Assembly (NCBI GenBank): GCA_963674945.2
Contig: CAXXWQ010000003.1
Location: forward strand, 1,472,001-1,536,000
Source of the DNA: an uncultured Desulfosarcina sp.
Lineage (GTDB): Bacteria > Desulfobacterota > Desulfobacteria > Desulfobacterales > Desulfosarcinaceae
DNA: 64,000 nt
Direction of reading: 5' to 3'
A model generated the notes under the pieces. The model saw only the letters and a program-made list of their open reading frames with translations, was not told the DNA's origin and did not search any database. Positions 48,019 to 59,247 of the stretch are shown one piece after another (position 1 is the stretch's first letter; the number at the start of each line of letters is the position of its first letter). Position numbers and translations under genes: made by a program.

Positions 48019-51000
48019 ATGGAACGATGTACATTTCACATGACGGATAAAAAAATGAAATCACCATCGGCAGTCGGTCAGATGTCAAACCCCTTGCGAA
48101 ATATGCGGCTGGGGGTCAAATTCGCCCTGATGGGGACGGCAGGCGTGATCATCACGGCGGCGGCACTGGTTTTTCTTGCCGTGTGGCAAAGCGGCCGGTA
48201 CAACAATCTGGCCCAGGGCGAGGTGGAAGCCCTGATAAACGCCGACCTCGATCACATTGCACAAGGGGTCTATCATCTGGTTCGTACCGAAAACGAAGCG
48301 GTCCAGTCGCAGGTGGATGCCAACCTGAAGGTGGCGCGACACGTCCTGACCGCCTTGGGAACCGTGTCTCTGTCGACCGATACCATTGCCTGGATGGCGA
48401 CAAACCAGTTCACCAACGAATCCATATCATTGCAACTTCCCAAGCTTCTTGTAGGAAAAACGTGGCTGGGGCAAAACAACGACCTTTCCGTTGAAACGCC
48501 CATCGTGGACGAAGTGACCCAACTGGTGGGAGAGACAACCACGATCTTTCAGCGAATGAACGACAGGGGTGACATGCTCCGCGTGGCCACTACGGTGGAG
48601 GACCGTAACGGCACGCGGGCCATCGGGACCTACATCCCGGCTGTGAATCCGGACGGAACGGACAATCCCGTCGTTTCGGCCATTCTCGAAGACAAAACCT
48701 ACCACGGTCGCGCCTATGTGGTGAATGCCTGGTACCTGACGGCTTACGAACCGCTGAAAAACAGTGACGGCAGGCTTGTGGGAATGCTTTATGTCGGTGT
48801 CAGACAGAAGGCCGTGGAGGCCAGGGTGCGACACGCCATCCTGCAAACCAAGGTTGGCAGGACAGGCTATGTGTATGTCCTGGGCAGCAGCGGGGAAGAC
48901 CGGGGTCGCTACATCATCTCCCAAAAGGGAGAACGGGACGGGGAAAACATCTGGATGAGCAGGGATAGTGACGGTAACCTTGTCATCCAGGACATCATCG
49001 CCAAAGCAACGGCACTGGGTCCATTGGACATGGCCACCGTTCGTTATCGCTGGCAGAATCCCGAAGACCCGACACCCCGCTGGAAAATCGCCCGACTCGT
49101 CTATTACAGGCCGTGGGACTGGGTGATCGGGACCAGCGTGTATGAAGATGAACTCCTGGCCTACCATACCCTTTTGAGCAACGGGCGGCTTCGAATGACG
49201 CGGGACATGGCGATGGCGGGCATCGTCATCACCGCCCTGGTGGGTCTGATCAGTGTGTTGCTCACTTTGAAAATTACCCGTCCCATCCGCCAGATGACGC
49301 AGGTGGCGGAAAAAATTATCGACGGCGACCTGAACCAGGTCGTTGATGTAAGATCCCACGACGAAATCGGGATTCTCGCCCACACCTTCAACCTGATGAC
49401 CGGCAAGCTCAGACGGTCCATGGGAGACTTGAAAAAGAGTGAAGAAAAGTACCGGCTGATTTACGAAAACGCAATGGAAGGTCTTTTTCAGTCTTCACTG
49501 GAAGGCCGTTTCCTCAGCGTAAATCCGGCCACGGCACGTCTTCTCGCCTACGACTCGCCGGAAACGCTCATCTCAGACATCACCAACACCCGTCGGCAGA
49601 TCTTCAACAATCCGGAAGATCGTGATGCGATGGTTTCCAACCTGCTGGAACGGGGAGAAGTGTCGGGCTTCGAAGTTCAAGGCTGCCGCAGGGACGGAAA
49701 GAAAATATGGGTGTCCGTCAGCGCCCGCATGAGGTACGACGAGAAGGGAAAACCCGCCTTTATCGAGGGATTCATCACGGACATCACCGATCGCAAACAG
49801 GCGGAGGAAGCCCTTGGCGAATCGAGAAATTACCTCAATGAAATTATCAATGCCGTTGCAGATCCCATGTTTGTAAAAGATCAGGAACATCGGTGGGTCC
49901 TTGTCAATGATGCGTTTTGCACCTTCGTTGGGTACGCCCGGAAAGAACTTCTGGGAAAGTCCGAATATGATTTTTTCGAAAGAGACGAGGCCGATATATT
50001 CCGATCAAATGATGAACGCATCCTGGCCACAGGGAAAGAGAATATCAACGAGGAGTTATTTACGGATGCCAGGGGAATCGTTCACACGATCGTAACCAAA
50101 AAAACCCTCTATCGGGACAAAACGAGTCAAAAATTTATCGTCGGGATCATTCGGGATGTAACAGAACAGAAAGCCGCAGAAGAAGAGAAAAAACAGCTTG
50201 AACTCCGTCTCAACCAGGCCCAGAAAATGGAGGCGATCGGCACCCTGGCGGGCGGAATCGCCCATGATTTCAATAACATCCTGTCGGCGATCATCGGCTA
50301 TACCGAACTGGCCGAAGATGATGTGCGAGACCCGGACAAGAGTCGGAAGTATCTCAGGGAAGTACTCAAGGCAGGCAATCGCGCCCGGGAACTGGTCCAA
50401 CAGATTTTGACTTTCAGCCGTATGACGGGAACCGAACATTCACCCCTCGCGCTTCGGCCCATTGTCAGGGATTCGCTCAGGATGCTTCGTTCGGTCATCC
50501 CATCCACCATTGAAATAAGACAGGACCTTGCCGCTTCAGGCTTGATCATGTCCGACGCCACCCAGATCCATCAGATCATTATGAACCTGTGCACCAATGC
50601 CGCCCATGCCATGGATGAGACCGGTGGTCTGCTGGAGGTGTCGCTGAGCGAGGAGACGATAATGATCCCGACGGTTTTCCACGATTTTCATCTTATTCCA
50701 GGCCCCTATCTGAAGCTCACCATTCGGGATACCGGCAAGGGAATACCTCCGGAAATCATGGACAAAATTTTTGAACCGTACTTTACCACCAAGGAACAGG
50801 GACGCGGCACCGGCCTCGGTCTTTCCGTTATTCACGGCATCATCAAAAGTCATAACGGCGCCATCACCTGCCAAAGCGCCCTGACGGAAGGAACCACCTT
50901 TAACGTTTTTCTTCCCATGATCAAATCCGAATCGGCAAAGAGAGTGACCGGCGAAAAAAATCCCATACCGGGCGGCACCGAACGCATTCTCTTCGTCGAC

Positions 51001-51351
51001 GATGAACAGATTCTTGTGGACCTCGCCCGGAATATACTCAGCAGCAAAGGATACAAGGTAACCTGCAGAACCGGCAGTCTCGATGCCCTTGAACTGTTTC
51101 GCACTGCCCCCCGGGATTTCGACCTGGTGATCACCGACATGACCATGCCGGGAATGACTGGAGACCTTTTAGCCCTGGAACTCATCGCCATCCGCCAAGA
51201 TATTCCGGTCATTCTTTGCACGGGATACAATGAACATATCTCGGAGGCCGAAGCAAAAAAAATCGGCATCAGGGAGTTCATGCTCAAGCCGCTGAACATA
51301 CGGACGATCACCGAAACCGTCCGCAAGGTCCTCGACGCGAGAGCCCCCTGA
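48019..51351 (+). CDS. Hybrid sensor kinase (Cache-HAMP-PAS-PAS-HisKA-HATPase-REC)
   Basis: Cache motifs ([22 protein letters not shown]), [22 protein letters not shown]. Exact start uncertain. Confidence 0.92.
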   Translation: MERCTFHMTDKKMKSPSAVGQMSNPLRNMRLGVKFALMGTAGVIITAAALVFLAVWQSGRYNNLAQGEVEALINADLDHIAQGVYHLVRTENEAVQSQVDANLKVARHVLTALGTVSLSTDTIAWMATNQFTNESISLQLPKLLVGKTWLGQNNDLSVETPIVDEVTQLVGETTTIFQRMNDRGDMLRVATTVEDRNGTRAIGTYIPAVNPDGTDNPVVSAILEDKTYHGRAYVVNAWYLTAYEPLKNSDGRLVGMLYVGVRQKAVEARVRHAILQTKVGRTGYVYVLGSSGEDRGRYIISQKGERDGENIWMSRDSDGNLVIQDIIAKATALGPLDMATVRYRWQNPEDPTPRWKIARLVYYRPWDWVIGTSVYEDELLAYHTLLSNGRLRMTRDMAMAGIVITALVGLISVLLTLKITRPIRQMTQVAEKIIDGDLNQVVDVRSHDEIGILAHTFNLMTGKLRRSMGDLKKSEEKYRLIYENAMEGLFQSSLEGRFLSVNPATARLLAYDSPETLISDITNTRRQIFNNPEDRDAMVSNLLERGEVSGFEVQGCRRDGKKIWVSVSARMRYDEKGKPAFIEGFITDITDRKQAEEALGESRNYLNEIINAVADPMFVKDQEHRWVLVNDAFCTFVGYARKELLGKSEYDFFERDEADIFRSNDERILATGKENINEELFTDARGIVHTIVTKKTLYRDKTSQKFIVGIIRDVTEQKAAEEEKKQLELRLNQAQKMEAIGTLAGGIAHDFNNILSAIIGYTELAEDDVRDPDKSRKYLREVLKAGNRARELVQQILTFSRMTGTEHSPLALRPIVRDSLRMLRSVIPSTIEIRQDLAASGLIMSDATQIHQIIMNLCTNAAHAMDETGGLLEVSLSEETIMIPTVFHDFHLIPGPYLKLTIRDTGKGIPPEIMDKIFEPYFTTKEQGRGTGLGLSVIHGIIKSHNGAITCQSALTEGTTFNVFLPMIKSESAKRVTGEKNPIPGGTERILFVDDEQILVDLARNILSSKGYKVTCRTGSLDALELFRTAPRDFDLVITDMTMPGMTGDLLALELIAIRQDIPVILCTGYNEHISEAEAKKIGIREFMLKPLNIRTITETVRKVLDARAP

Positions 51352-51403
51352 TACACGGAGGGAAAGCGTGGAATGTTAATCGGCTATTCCAAGAATGGCG
51401 AAG

Positions 51404-52138
51404 CTACTTCTTTGTGGTTCTCCGCCGGCGTGTTTTTTTCTGCTCCGTTCCAAGGCTGGTCATCATGGCGCCGATCACGGCCTCCACAGCCGCTTCGACA
51501 CTCACGTTTGCCGTATTGATCACCATGTCATAATGCACCGGATTCACAATATCGGCATTGAAGGATTGCCGCACGAAAGCGCGACGACGATTCTCGCGTG
51601 TCAGCACCCGTCTCTTGGCAGTGTCCGTCGTTACACCAAACAGGCGGGCAATGTTTTGAATACGCTGTTCTAACGGTGCGACCACCCGTACGGCGAAACG
51701 ATCCGAAGGTGGAATAATAAAATTGGCCCCTCGACCGACAATTACGGCACGGCCGTGCTTGCCGATGGTTCCGACCACCTTCATCAGATGGTTCAGATAA
51801 ATGCCGGGATAGATATATTGGGTCTTCACCAGGGAAGCGATAAAATCCTGAACACCGGAGAGTCGTTCCTTCTCCAGTGAATCGACCAACGTGTCGCTGA
51901 TGTGTGCACTTTCGGCAATCTTGTTAACAATATCTCCGTGAAAAAAATCAAAATCCAGCCGCTTGGCAATCTGCTCGGCGATAAAGCAGCCCTTGCTGCC
52001 CGGTTCCGTGCACAAAGTAACCACGGGAAACCTGACTTTTTTTTTCTTTTCGTCTTCGCTGTACAGCTTCTGCCACTTTTTAATCTGCTGATTGACGAAT
52101 TCTTCTACAGAAAGATGTTCTTGTTCTGCTTTCTTCAT
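51404..52138 (-). CDS. Cytidylate kinase-like family protein
   Basis: VTLCTEPGSKG (atypical P-loop), VIVGRGANFI, APLEQRI, YDMVINT. Confidence 0.85.
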   Translation of the reverse strand: MKKAEQEHLSVEEFVNQQIKKWQKLYSEDEKKKKVRFPVVTLCTEPGSKGCFIAEQIAKRLDFDFFHGDIVNKIAESAHISDTLVDSLEKERLSGVQDFIASLVKTQYIYPGIYLNHLMKVVGTIGKHGRAVIVGRGANFIIPPSDRFAVRVVAPLEQRIQNIARLFGVTTDTAKRRVLTRENRRRAFVRQSFNADIVNPVHYDMVINTANVSVEAAVEAVIGAMMTSLGTEQKKTRRRRTTKK

Positions 52139-52340
52139 ATACCAAACCTCGTTTGCGCCGCACCCGGGCTGAAGTCAACGACCACCCGCAAAGCCGGTGG
52201 CTTGGATGGTCGGTCCATCGGCCGGATATCCCAAAGCACGTCAGTGCGTTCGTCGTTCGGGTTGGTTCCGGGTGTGCAGCCCCCTGAAGACAACGAACCA
52301 GGATTGGACCGCCTCGATCCATATTTGTAAAGTCGTTCCC

Positions 52341-52413
52341 GACAATCACAGGAACCTGTTTTTCGAGGACAAGTAGTAAGATCACAATAGATTGTCAAGG
52401 TAAAAAGAAGAGG
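52341..52413 (-). promoter_or_regulatory. Promoter/operator block duplicated at 54521-54595
   Basis: Identical 23-mer AAGATCACAATAGATTGTCAAGG containing minus-strand TTGACA and ACAAT-N2-ATTGT. Confidence 0.7.
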
Positions 52414-52741
52414 ATGCATTCATAAGGAGCTTGGCCGAAACAAAGGGCCAAAACCCTATTTTCTTTTCCGGTTTCATCGGTTACACTCTTACCGCAACAT
52501 GGGAGGGCCTGCACTGATGGGAAATCACCCTCTTTTTTGGCGATCAAATGTGCCGCCAGCTGATGGGAAACATAAAAATTTGTTTTTATATCGGTCAATT
52601 AAATAATTGCTTGGCAGATACTGACAGCGCTGAACAGACCAGGGTTTCCGTCGTACCGGCGTTTTTGTGCAACCTGCAATGAATCCGGAACCAATGCGTG
52701 CATATCGTTTATCAAAGCAGATAGATGAAAAAAGATACAAA

Positions 52742-53350
52742 ATGGTGTTGAACGAAAAATTTCCACAGACGCTGTTGGTACTATATTGCCTCTTTTTTGC
52801 ATTTCTGGCCATCGATCCGCGCCACCGAGGATATTGGGTAGCCGCCAATATCGCTCCCATCGCGATAACACTATTTTTTGTCCTGAGCTTTAAACGTTTT
52901 CGTTTCTCCAACCTGTCCTATTTTCTTTCTGCCTTTCTTTTATTTCTTCAGACTCTTGGGGCACATTATTTTTTTTACCTGGTGCCGTTTGATTTGATTA
53001 CGGATATTTTTAATTTCACACGTCATAATTTCGATCGAATGGTTCATGTGACCGTGGGATTTTTTGCCTATCCCATCGGTGAATTTGTAGTAAGGAAAAA
53101 AATTGTGGCAGCACCCTGGGCGGTATATCTATTTTCCTTTGCATTGATTATGACTGCCGCCGGACTTTATGAAATCTTTGAATGGATGTATCTACTGATG
53201 GTCAGCCCGGAATCGGGACCTGATTTTCTCGGTGCGCAGGGAGACATCTGGGATGCACAGAAGGATATGCTGGCAGATGGTGTCGGTGCAGTGTTGGTCC
53301 TGATACTGTTTTATTTCAATTTCCCTTCTCTTTCTTCCAGGAAGCTCTGA
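52742..53350 (+). CDS. DUF2238 (YjdF-like) membrane protein
   Basis: FSNLSY, GAHY..VP, RHNFDRMVH, YEIFEW, FLGAQGDIWDAQKDM. Confidence 0.9.
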   Translation: MVLNEKFPQTLLVLYCLFFAFLAIDPRHRGYWVAANIAPIAITLFFVLSFKRFRFSNLSYFLSAFLLFLQTLGAHYFFYLVPFDLITDIFNFTRHNFDRMVHVTVGFFAYPIGEFVVRKKIVAAPWAVYLFSFALIMTAAGLYEIFEWMYLLMVSPESGPDFLGAQGDIWDAQKDMLADGVGAVLVLILFYFNFPSLSSRKL

Positions 53351-54464
53351 AAGCCGTAATATTTTTTTCCTCGCAATCTTTTGAGGCTTTCTCTCCTTCA
53401 AGATATAAAATTAAATCATACTGGCAGTCCCCGGAAATCAATGTACGGTCGAAATCTTTTGCAAAGTCGTTGGGACTTAGCACGGGTCGGCCATGGGATA
53501 GATGAAATCCATGATTGAGGCCGGAACCACCGGAGGAGCGATAGGCCCTGTAGATCAGCTCAGAACAGCATAAGGCATTGTCGTCAAAAAAATTAAAATC
53601 AAAATCATAGGGTTTATTCAGCTGCTCCAGAGCATAAAGGATGGCGGAAAGTTTTTTTTCTTTCGGCAATCGCGGCCTGAGTACGGCCAGGTAATCGGAT
53701 TTCAGGGCCTTCTCCAGGGGCTGGACGATAACTCCCTTTGACGTACTTTCGACAACAGCACTGTGGAGCAGTCCATCGGAGACCTTACGGGCATTGAACG
53801 AATGGGAAACGTTTCGAAAAAGATATTCGCTCACCGTCGAACCCAAAGCTGATTTTGACGGCCTTTCGAAATACTGGTCCATTTCATCAAGCGATCCGCA
53901 GTACAACAGCACATGCTTCCAAAATCCGCTGATAATCCAATTGCTCAAATAGTTGTTCTTTCTCAGAAGAACAATATCCCCAGGCTCGATGAGAGATTGA
54001 ATTCGCTCAATGTGTTTATCCGAGATCCGGAATTGTGTGTTACGAATTTTAATATTGGCGATTTCTTTGAATAGAATTTTATAAAGCGGAAATACTGTTG
54101 TTTTATATGCATTTTCAAGAAAAGTCATCTTACCCGATCGTGGAATGGAATCAATCGCGTCTACCTCGTCGTGTGTATGCTGGTTAAATGCACCAATTGT
54201 CGCGGACAGGGAAACAATGATGATTGTCAGGAGAATAGAAACGCCGGCACCGGCTTTTTGGGCGTAACAACACGTAAGAACATGACGAACCGTGACGTAT
54301 GTCAATGTGGCACCGACGAAATACAAATGAAACGGATAAAAAAACCTGGCATACAGAAACAAACCACAGCAAAAAAATAGTATGGACAGCTTGAAAATTG
54401 CCCACATGAATCTGGTAAGCGTGCTGGTTCTGGAAAAAGAAGACAATGTTACTTTTGTTTTCAT
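53316..54464 (-). CDS. Membrane-anchored YiiX/YebB-like permuted NlpC/P60 protein
   Basis: N-terminal TM helices; PGDIVL, FWKHV, PYDFDF, CSELIY. Confidence 0.8.
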   Translation of the reverse strand: MKTKVTLSSFSRTSTLTRFMWAIFKLSILFFCCGLFLYARFFYPFHLYFVGATLTYVTVRHVLTCCYAQKAGAGVSILLTIIIVSLSATIGAFNQHTHDEVDAIDSIPRSGKMTFLENAYKTTVFPLYKILFKEIANIKIRNTQFRISDKHIERIQSLIEPGDIVLLRKNNYLSNWIISGFWKHVLLYCGSLDEMDQYFERPSKSALGSTVSEYLFRNVSHSFNARKVSDGLLHSAVVESTSKGVIVQPLEKALKSDYLAVLRPRLPKEKKLSAILYALEQLNKPYDFDFNFFDDNALCCSELIYRAYRSSGGSGLNHGFHLSHGRPVLSPNDFAKDFDRTLISGDCQYDLILYLEGEKASKDCEEKNITAFRASWKKEKGN

Positions 54465-54520
54465 GAGCTAACGTGACCATTCATCTTTCATTCGACGAAT
54501 ATCATGAATGATAAATGAAT

Positions 54521-54595
54521 GACAATGACAGAAACGGGCTTTTTGATGACAAGTATAAAGGAAGATCACAATAGATTGTCAAGGCAAAAAAGAGG
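54521..54595 (-). promoter_or_regulatory. Second copy of the promoter/operator block
   Basis: 23-mer at 54562-54584 is identical to 52378-52400; TATACT follows on the minus strand. Confidence 0.7.
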
Positions 54596-54635
54596 CGGCG
54601 CGTTCTGATATAAACCGGACATGATAAGAAAATTG

Positions 54636-56201
54636 GTAACCGTTCACGGGGCATTTTAGGGCTGACATCATGGCCTTTAACCCATTGAAAACAAAGCATA
54701 AATTGTGTGCACCGTAACTGCCTGAAATAATTTAAAATAAATCTAGATTTTTTCTTTTAACTATGTTAGAGTGCTTTTCATGGCACTCAAAAGACCATTT
54801 TCAGAACTCGATTGGCAACTGACACCAGAGGCGGTGAGAAATTACATCCTATATCTGGAACAGGCGCTTCATGATATGCAAAAATGGGTTGAGACCCATG
54901 AAAAACGCATAGAGAAACTTGAAGTCCAGACCAAAATGAATTCTCGTAATTCCAGTAAACCGCCCTCATCCGATCCGCCTTTTAGCAAGCAGAAAAGAAA
55001 ACAGAAAAAGAGCAAGCGATCCAAAGGCGGACAAAAAGGACACAAACCGCACCAGCAACAACTGCTCGAGCCGACAAAGCAACATTCGTTGATGCCAAAA
55101 TGCTGCAGTTGTGGTCATTCGGTGTTCGATCAGGAAAAGATGAAGCCTTTTTACACCCATCAACAGATCGAACTTCCCAAAATCGAAATGGAAGTCAGCC
55201 ACTATATTCTGCACAAGTGCGATTGCCCCAATTGCGGGAAGGTTGTCAAAGCCAAGCTGCCATCTGCCCTGTCGAGCGGATACGGTCCCCGATTTACCGC
55301 ATTTGTTGGTGAATTAAGCGGTATTAAAGGGATGAGCCGAATGGACGTAAAGCAGTTATGCGACTCTGTGTTAGACATTCCCATTGCTACGGGGACGATC
55401 CAAAAAATCGTTGACCGCACTTCAATGGCGATTTTGCCTGTGTATGAACGTATCGGGGGTATCGCCAGAAGTTTCTGGTGCAATTATATCGATGAGACCT
55501 CCTGGTTTACAGAAAACGATCTGCACTGGCTGTGGGCCATGGTCAACGAGCGGGTTGCTTTCTATCGCATAGACCCGCATCGCTCCAAGGTGGCTTTCGA
55601 AGCACTCATCCAGGACTGGAACGGCATTCTGGTCAGCGACGGTTACGGCCTGTATCAAAAATGGGTTCACCGCCAGACGTGCCTGGCTCATCTAATCCGT
55701 AAGGCCGATTCTCTGGCGGAGAGAAAGAAGCCGGATTTACGTCGCTTCGGAGAAATCGTCGCCGCTTGGTTGAGACAACTGGTATCGTTTGCCAAAGAGC
55801 CACCCGACCCAAAGCAATGGTCGGATTTTTATACATTCTTCTTGTTTACCGTGTCCCTTTGGGAACCCGATAAAACGGATGCAGGAAAACTCGCTCGGCA
55901 GATCATCCGGGAAATGAACAACCTATGGGTGTTTATGGATCACAAGGGCGTCGATCCCACAAACAATCGTGCCGAAAGAGCGCTACGCTTTGGTGTATTG
56001 TGGCGGAAACGAAGCCTTGGCACCCAAAGCGAGAAAGGAAACCGTTGGGTTGAGCGGATATTGTCACTGAAAGAAACCTGTCGCTTACAAGCAAAGCAGA
56101 CTTTTCCTTTTCTCGTGGAGTGCATTACTTCCTATTTTCGAAATTTAGAGCCAAACCTTTCCTGGATTTAATCCAATGGGTGTTACCCTGTGAATGCGTA
56201 C
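54636..56201 (+). mobile_element. IS66-family insertion sequence, single-ORF (ISBst12-like) type
   Basis: Ends GTAACCGTTCACGGGG / CCCTGTGAATGCGTAC (12 of 16 matching IR); 8-bp target duplication GAAAATTG at 54628-54635 and 56202-56209. Confidence 0.92.
54780..56171 (+). CDS. tnpC: IS66 family transposase
   Basis: NSRNSSKPPSSD, GGQKGH, Zn finger, DETSW, SDGY, QTCLAHL, PTNNRAERALR. Confidence 0.95.
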   Translation: MALKRPFSELDWQLTPEAVRNYILYLEQALHDMQKWVETHEKRIEKLEVQTKMNSRNSSKPPSSDPPFSKQKRKQKKSKRSKGGQKGHKPHQQQLLEPTKQHSLMPKCCSCGHSVFDQEKMKPFYTHQQIELPKIEMEVSHYILHKCDCPNCGKVVKAKLPSALSSGYGPRFTAFVGELSGIKGMSRMDVKQLCDSVLDIPIATGTIQKIVDRTSMAILPVYERIGGIARSFWCNYIDETSWFTENDLHWLWAMVNERVAFYRIDPHRSKVAFEALIQDWNGILVSDGYGLYQKWVHRQTCLAHLIRKADSLAERKKPDLRRFGEIVAAWLRQLVSFAKEPPDPKQWSDFYTFFLFTVSLWEPDKTDAGKLARQIIREMNNLWVFMDHKGVDPTNNRAERALRFGVLWRKRSLGTQSEKGNRWVERILSLKETCRLQAKQTFPFLVECITSYFRNLEPNLSWI

Positions 56202-56261
56202 GAAAATTGTAATTGCGGGAAAAGTTTTGGGGATTTAGGGGCTTGGAGAATATCTTGAGAC

Positions 56262-57008
56262 TTAATGGCTGCAAATCCCTTCAGGCAGCATGGGATTTTC
56301 CGCCTTGGGATAAAAGGGACAATCGTTTTTCAGGCACTCCTTGTTCAGTGGAAAGAACTCGCATCTGACCGGTTCACCGGCATTCAGTGAAATATCGAAG
56401 TTTTCCTTTAAAAACCGTATCGCTTTTCGGATAGCCAGAAAGGAGGTACGTTTGCAGCACCGTGGCCCGCCTCTTTCGGCGATGGAGGCCAGACTTTGAG
56501 AGGTCATCAAATTGGACATGCGCCAGCCGTCGGTGGATAGCGGCGTGGAATCGGTGATCAGGCTAATAAAAATGCCGGTACCCACCCCCGCACCGCAACT
56601 GCCATGAAAACCACAGAAACCACCCAGGACCTGCCCGGCCCTTTTGAAGGCCTCTTTGAGTTTACGCTTCTTTTTCTTGAAATTCCCTTTTTTGTTGTAA
56701 TAAGCGACAAGAAGCACTGCAGGTACCAGATAATGGTGTTCCGGACCGTGCATCTTCACGGAAGGATGATGCATCAGCGTTTTGGCCATTTGCATCGGAT
56801 CGGTGGAATCGCTTGCGACACCGAACTCCTTGATCACTTCGAACGCTCCCATACTGTGGCATGCATCACAGATGTAATGCCCCTGAGAACAACCGACGTT
56901 TGACGGGAAGGTCTTTTTACAATAGAGACAATCCATCGGTTCGGCGGTGCTGTGGTAGACCAATTCCGAGCCGCAGACCAGACAGTTATTTTTATGTTCC
57001 GTATCCAT
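56262..57008 (-). CDS. Cys-rich DUF5714-like protein
   Basis: CLVCG, CLYC, GHYICDACH, MHGPEHH, GGFCGFHGSCGA, GGPRCCKR, CPFY. Confidence 0.75.
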   Translation of the reverse strand: MDTEHKNNCLVCGSELVYHSTAEPMDCLYCKKTFPSNVGCSQGHYICDACHSMGAFEVIKEFGVASDSTDPMQMAKTLMHHPSVKMHGPEHHYLVPAVLLVAYYNKKGNFKKKKRKLKEAFKRAGQVLGGFCGFHGSCGAGVGTGIFISLITDSTPLSTDGWRMSNLMTSQSLASIAERGGPRCCKRTSFLAIRKAIRFLKENFDISLNAGEPVRCEFFPLNKECLKNDCPFYPKAENPMLPEGICSH

Positions 57009-57180
57009 GGCGCTTTCTCTATCACTGACGGCAGGGGATTGCCACAATTTTTTTGATGATGGCGGCGCTGCCGCTACCCGAGGGGCATCAATGCATGGGA
57101 TTGATGATGGCGGGTCATCCCAAACAGGAGTATCACAGACGACCTTTGCGCAAACCGCCGGAAATCAAGTGGCAGCCGTG

Positions 57181-59247
57181 CTAACGATCCAACACTTCTC
57201 GGATGGAAGAAGCCAAATCATACAACAATATAGGTTTTATAAGAATTTTCTTAATCATGGTCCTGCTTTTCTCATCATCGAGTTCAGGTGGTTTAAAACC
57301 GGTGCATATCATTATGGGAATATCCGAACGATATTTCATCATTGCGCCGGCAAGTTTCAATCCGTTCATTTTCGGCATTCTCATATCTGTGATGACCAAG
57401 TCGTATCCTTTCGGATCGGCACGAAAAGCTTCTAAAGCAACGACAGGATCCGTCCGCATGTCAACTTTATAGCCCAAAGATGCCATCATTTCGCTAATGG
57501 CTTCCGCCAGCAATTGCTCATCTTCCACATATAGTATCCGCTCGTTGCCTGTCGGGATTTCAACAACAGGTGCCGTTATCGCCTCTGATCCTGCTTTGTT
57601 GCAGGGAAAGACAATCTTGACCGTTGTCCCGGCATTGAGTTCACTTTCGACCAGAATCCCACCATTATGCTCCTTAACGATGTTATGAACCGTCGACAAT
57701 CCAAGACCGGTCCCCACTCCGGGATCTTTGGTCGTGAAGTAAGGATCGAAAATTTGTGTGATCGTCTTTTCATCCATACCGCAACCATTGTCCGTCACCG
57801 AAAGCAAAAGATATCTGCCCGGTTCAACGCTGCCATAATTCGCTCCACCGGTTTCATCCAATTCAACGCTTGATAACGCAACGGCGATCGTACCTTCGTC
57901 ATCACCGATCGCATGAAAAGCATTCATGCACAAGTTCATGACCACTTGATGTATGGCCGTAGGATTTGCCGAAACGAGTCCCATGCCTTTTTCAACGTTG
58001 CCGCGGATTTCAATGGATGCCGGCAACGATGCCTTGAATAATCCCAATGCCTCCCTTATGGGCAAACTGATATCGCAAGGTATTCGGTCATACTCATTCG
58101 GTTTACTTAGGGCGAGTATCTGTGCGATCAGTTCTTTCGCCCGGTGACCGGCCTTCATTATCTGGCGCAGGTGTCCAGCGAGCAGAGAATCTTCGGGGGC
58201 GGCATCCTGGGCCAATTGCGTGTATCCGAACACTGCCGCCAATATATTATTGAAATCATGGGCGATACCGCCGGCCAACATACCGATCGCTTCCATTTTT
58301 TGCGCCTGAAACAGCTGTTTTTCAAGATTTTTCTTTTCCTTCTCCTCATTTTTTTTCGCTGTGATATCACGCACAATCACTAAAAAACATCTTTCCCCCT
58401 TCATTGTAACCTTAAAGTAAGTACACTCAGTGCAAATGGGGGGGATATTGTCCAATTCGAGTGTATACTCGTACTGCCCGGTGTTATCCCCTCGTAGGAT
58501 ATTTTCAAAAATGGATTTCGAATACGCCAAGTCAAAACTCTCCGGTGTATCCAATTCATAGAATTTCTTGCCTCTTAATTCATCACGATGCACTCCGAAA
58601 ATTCTTTCTACCGCCAAGCTGCACTCCATAATCGTACCATCATCTTTCAAAATCACGTACATGTCCGGGGCGTGTTCAAACAGAAACCGGAAATGTTCTT
58701 CGCTCTCCTTCAATTCTGCTTCGACACGTTTGCGCTGTGCAATTTCGTTTCGCAACTTCTTGTTGGAGGTTTCAAGTTCCTGCGTCCGAAGGTTTACACG
58801 TTCCTCGAGTTCCTGGTTCAATTGCGTAATCTCTTTCTGAACCCGTCGGTTTACGATTTGTGTTTTCACCCGGACTACGATTTCATCATGATGTAAAGGT
58901 TTTGTAATATAATCGACACCTCCGGCATTGAACGCCCTTACCTTTTCTTCGGTTTCATGAACGGCGCTGATGAAAATCACCGGGATGTCCCGCGTCTTCT
59001 CATCTGATTTGAGAATTCGGCACAACTCGAATCCATCCATTTCCGGCATGCGAATATCAAGAAGAATAAGATCGGGCGGCTGTTTTCCAATAACCGCAAG
59101 CGCTTCTTTACCACCGGTAACCGGCCTGACATTGTAACCTTCTTTCTGAAGGGTTGCAGATATCACCCTGAGGTTATCGGGATTGTCGTCAACGATGACG
59201 ATATTGCTCGAATTCATATTATGGGGCAACTCTGTAGATAGCGTCAT
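57181..59247 (-). CDS. Hybrid kinase REC-PAS-HisKA-HATPase-REC
   Basis: [45 protein letters not shown]. Confidence 0.93.
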   Translation of the reverse strand: MTLSTELPHNMNSSNIVIVDDNPDNLRVISATLQKEGYNVRPVTGGKEALAVIGKQPPDLILLDIRMPEMDGFELCRILKSDEKTRDIPVIFISAVHETEEKVRAFNAGGVDYITKPLHHDEIVVRVKTQIVNRRVQKEITQLNQELEERVNLRTQELETSNKKLRNEIAQRKRVEAELKESEEHFRFLFEHAPDMYVILKDDGTIMECSLAVERIFGVHRDELRGKKFYELDTPESFDLAYSKSIFENILRGDNTGQYEYTLELDNIPPICTECTYFKVTMKGERCFLVIVRDITAKKNEEKEKKNLEKQLFQAQKMEAIGMLAGGIAHDFNNILAAVFGYTQLAQDAAPEDSLLAGHLRQIMKAGHRAKELIAQILALSKPNEYDRIPCDISLPIREALGLFKASLPASIEIRGNVEKGMGLVSANPTAIHQVVMNLCMNAFHAIGDDEGTIAVALSSVELDETGGANYGSVEPGRYLLLSVTDNGCGMDEKTITQIFDPYFTTKDPGVGTGLGLSTVHNIVKEHNGGILVESELNAGTTVKIVFPCNKAGSEAITAPVVEIPTGNERILYVEDEQLLAEAISEMMASLGYKVDMRTDPVVALEAFRADPKGYDLVITDMRMPKMNGLKLAGAMMKYRSDIPIMICTGFKPPELDDEKSRTMIKKILIKPILLYDLASSIREVLDR

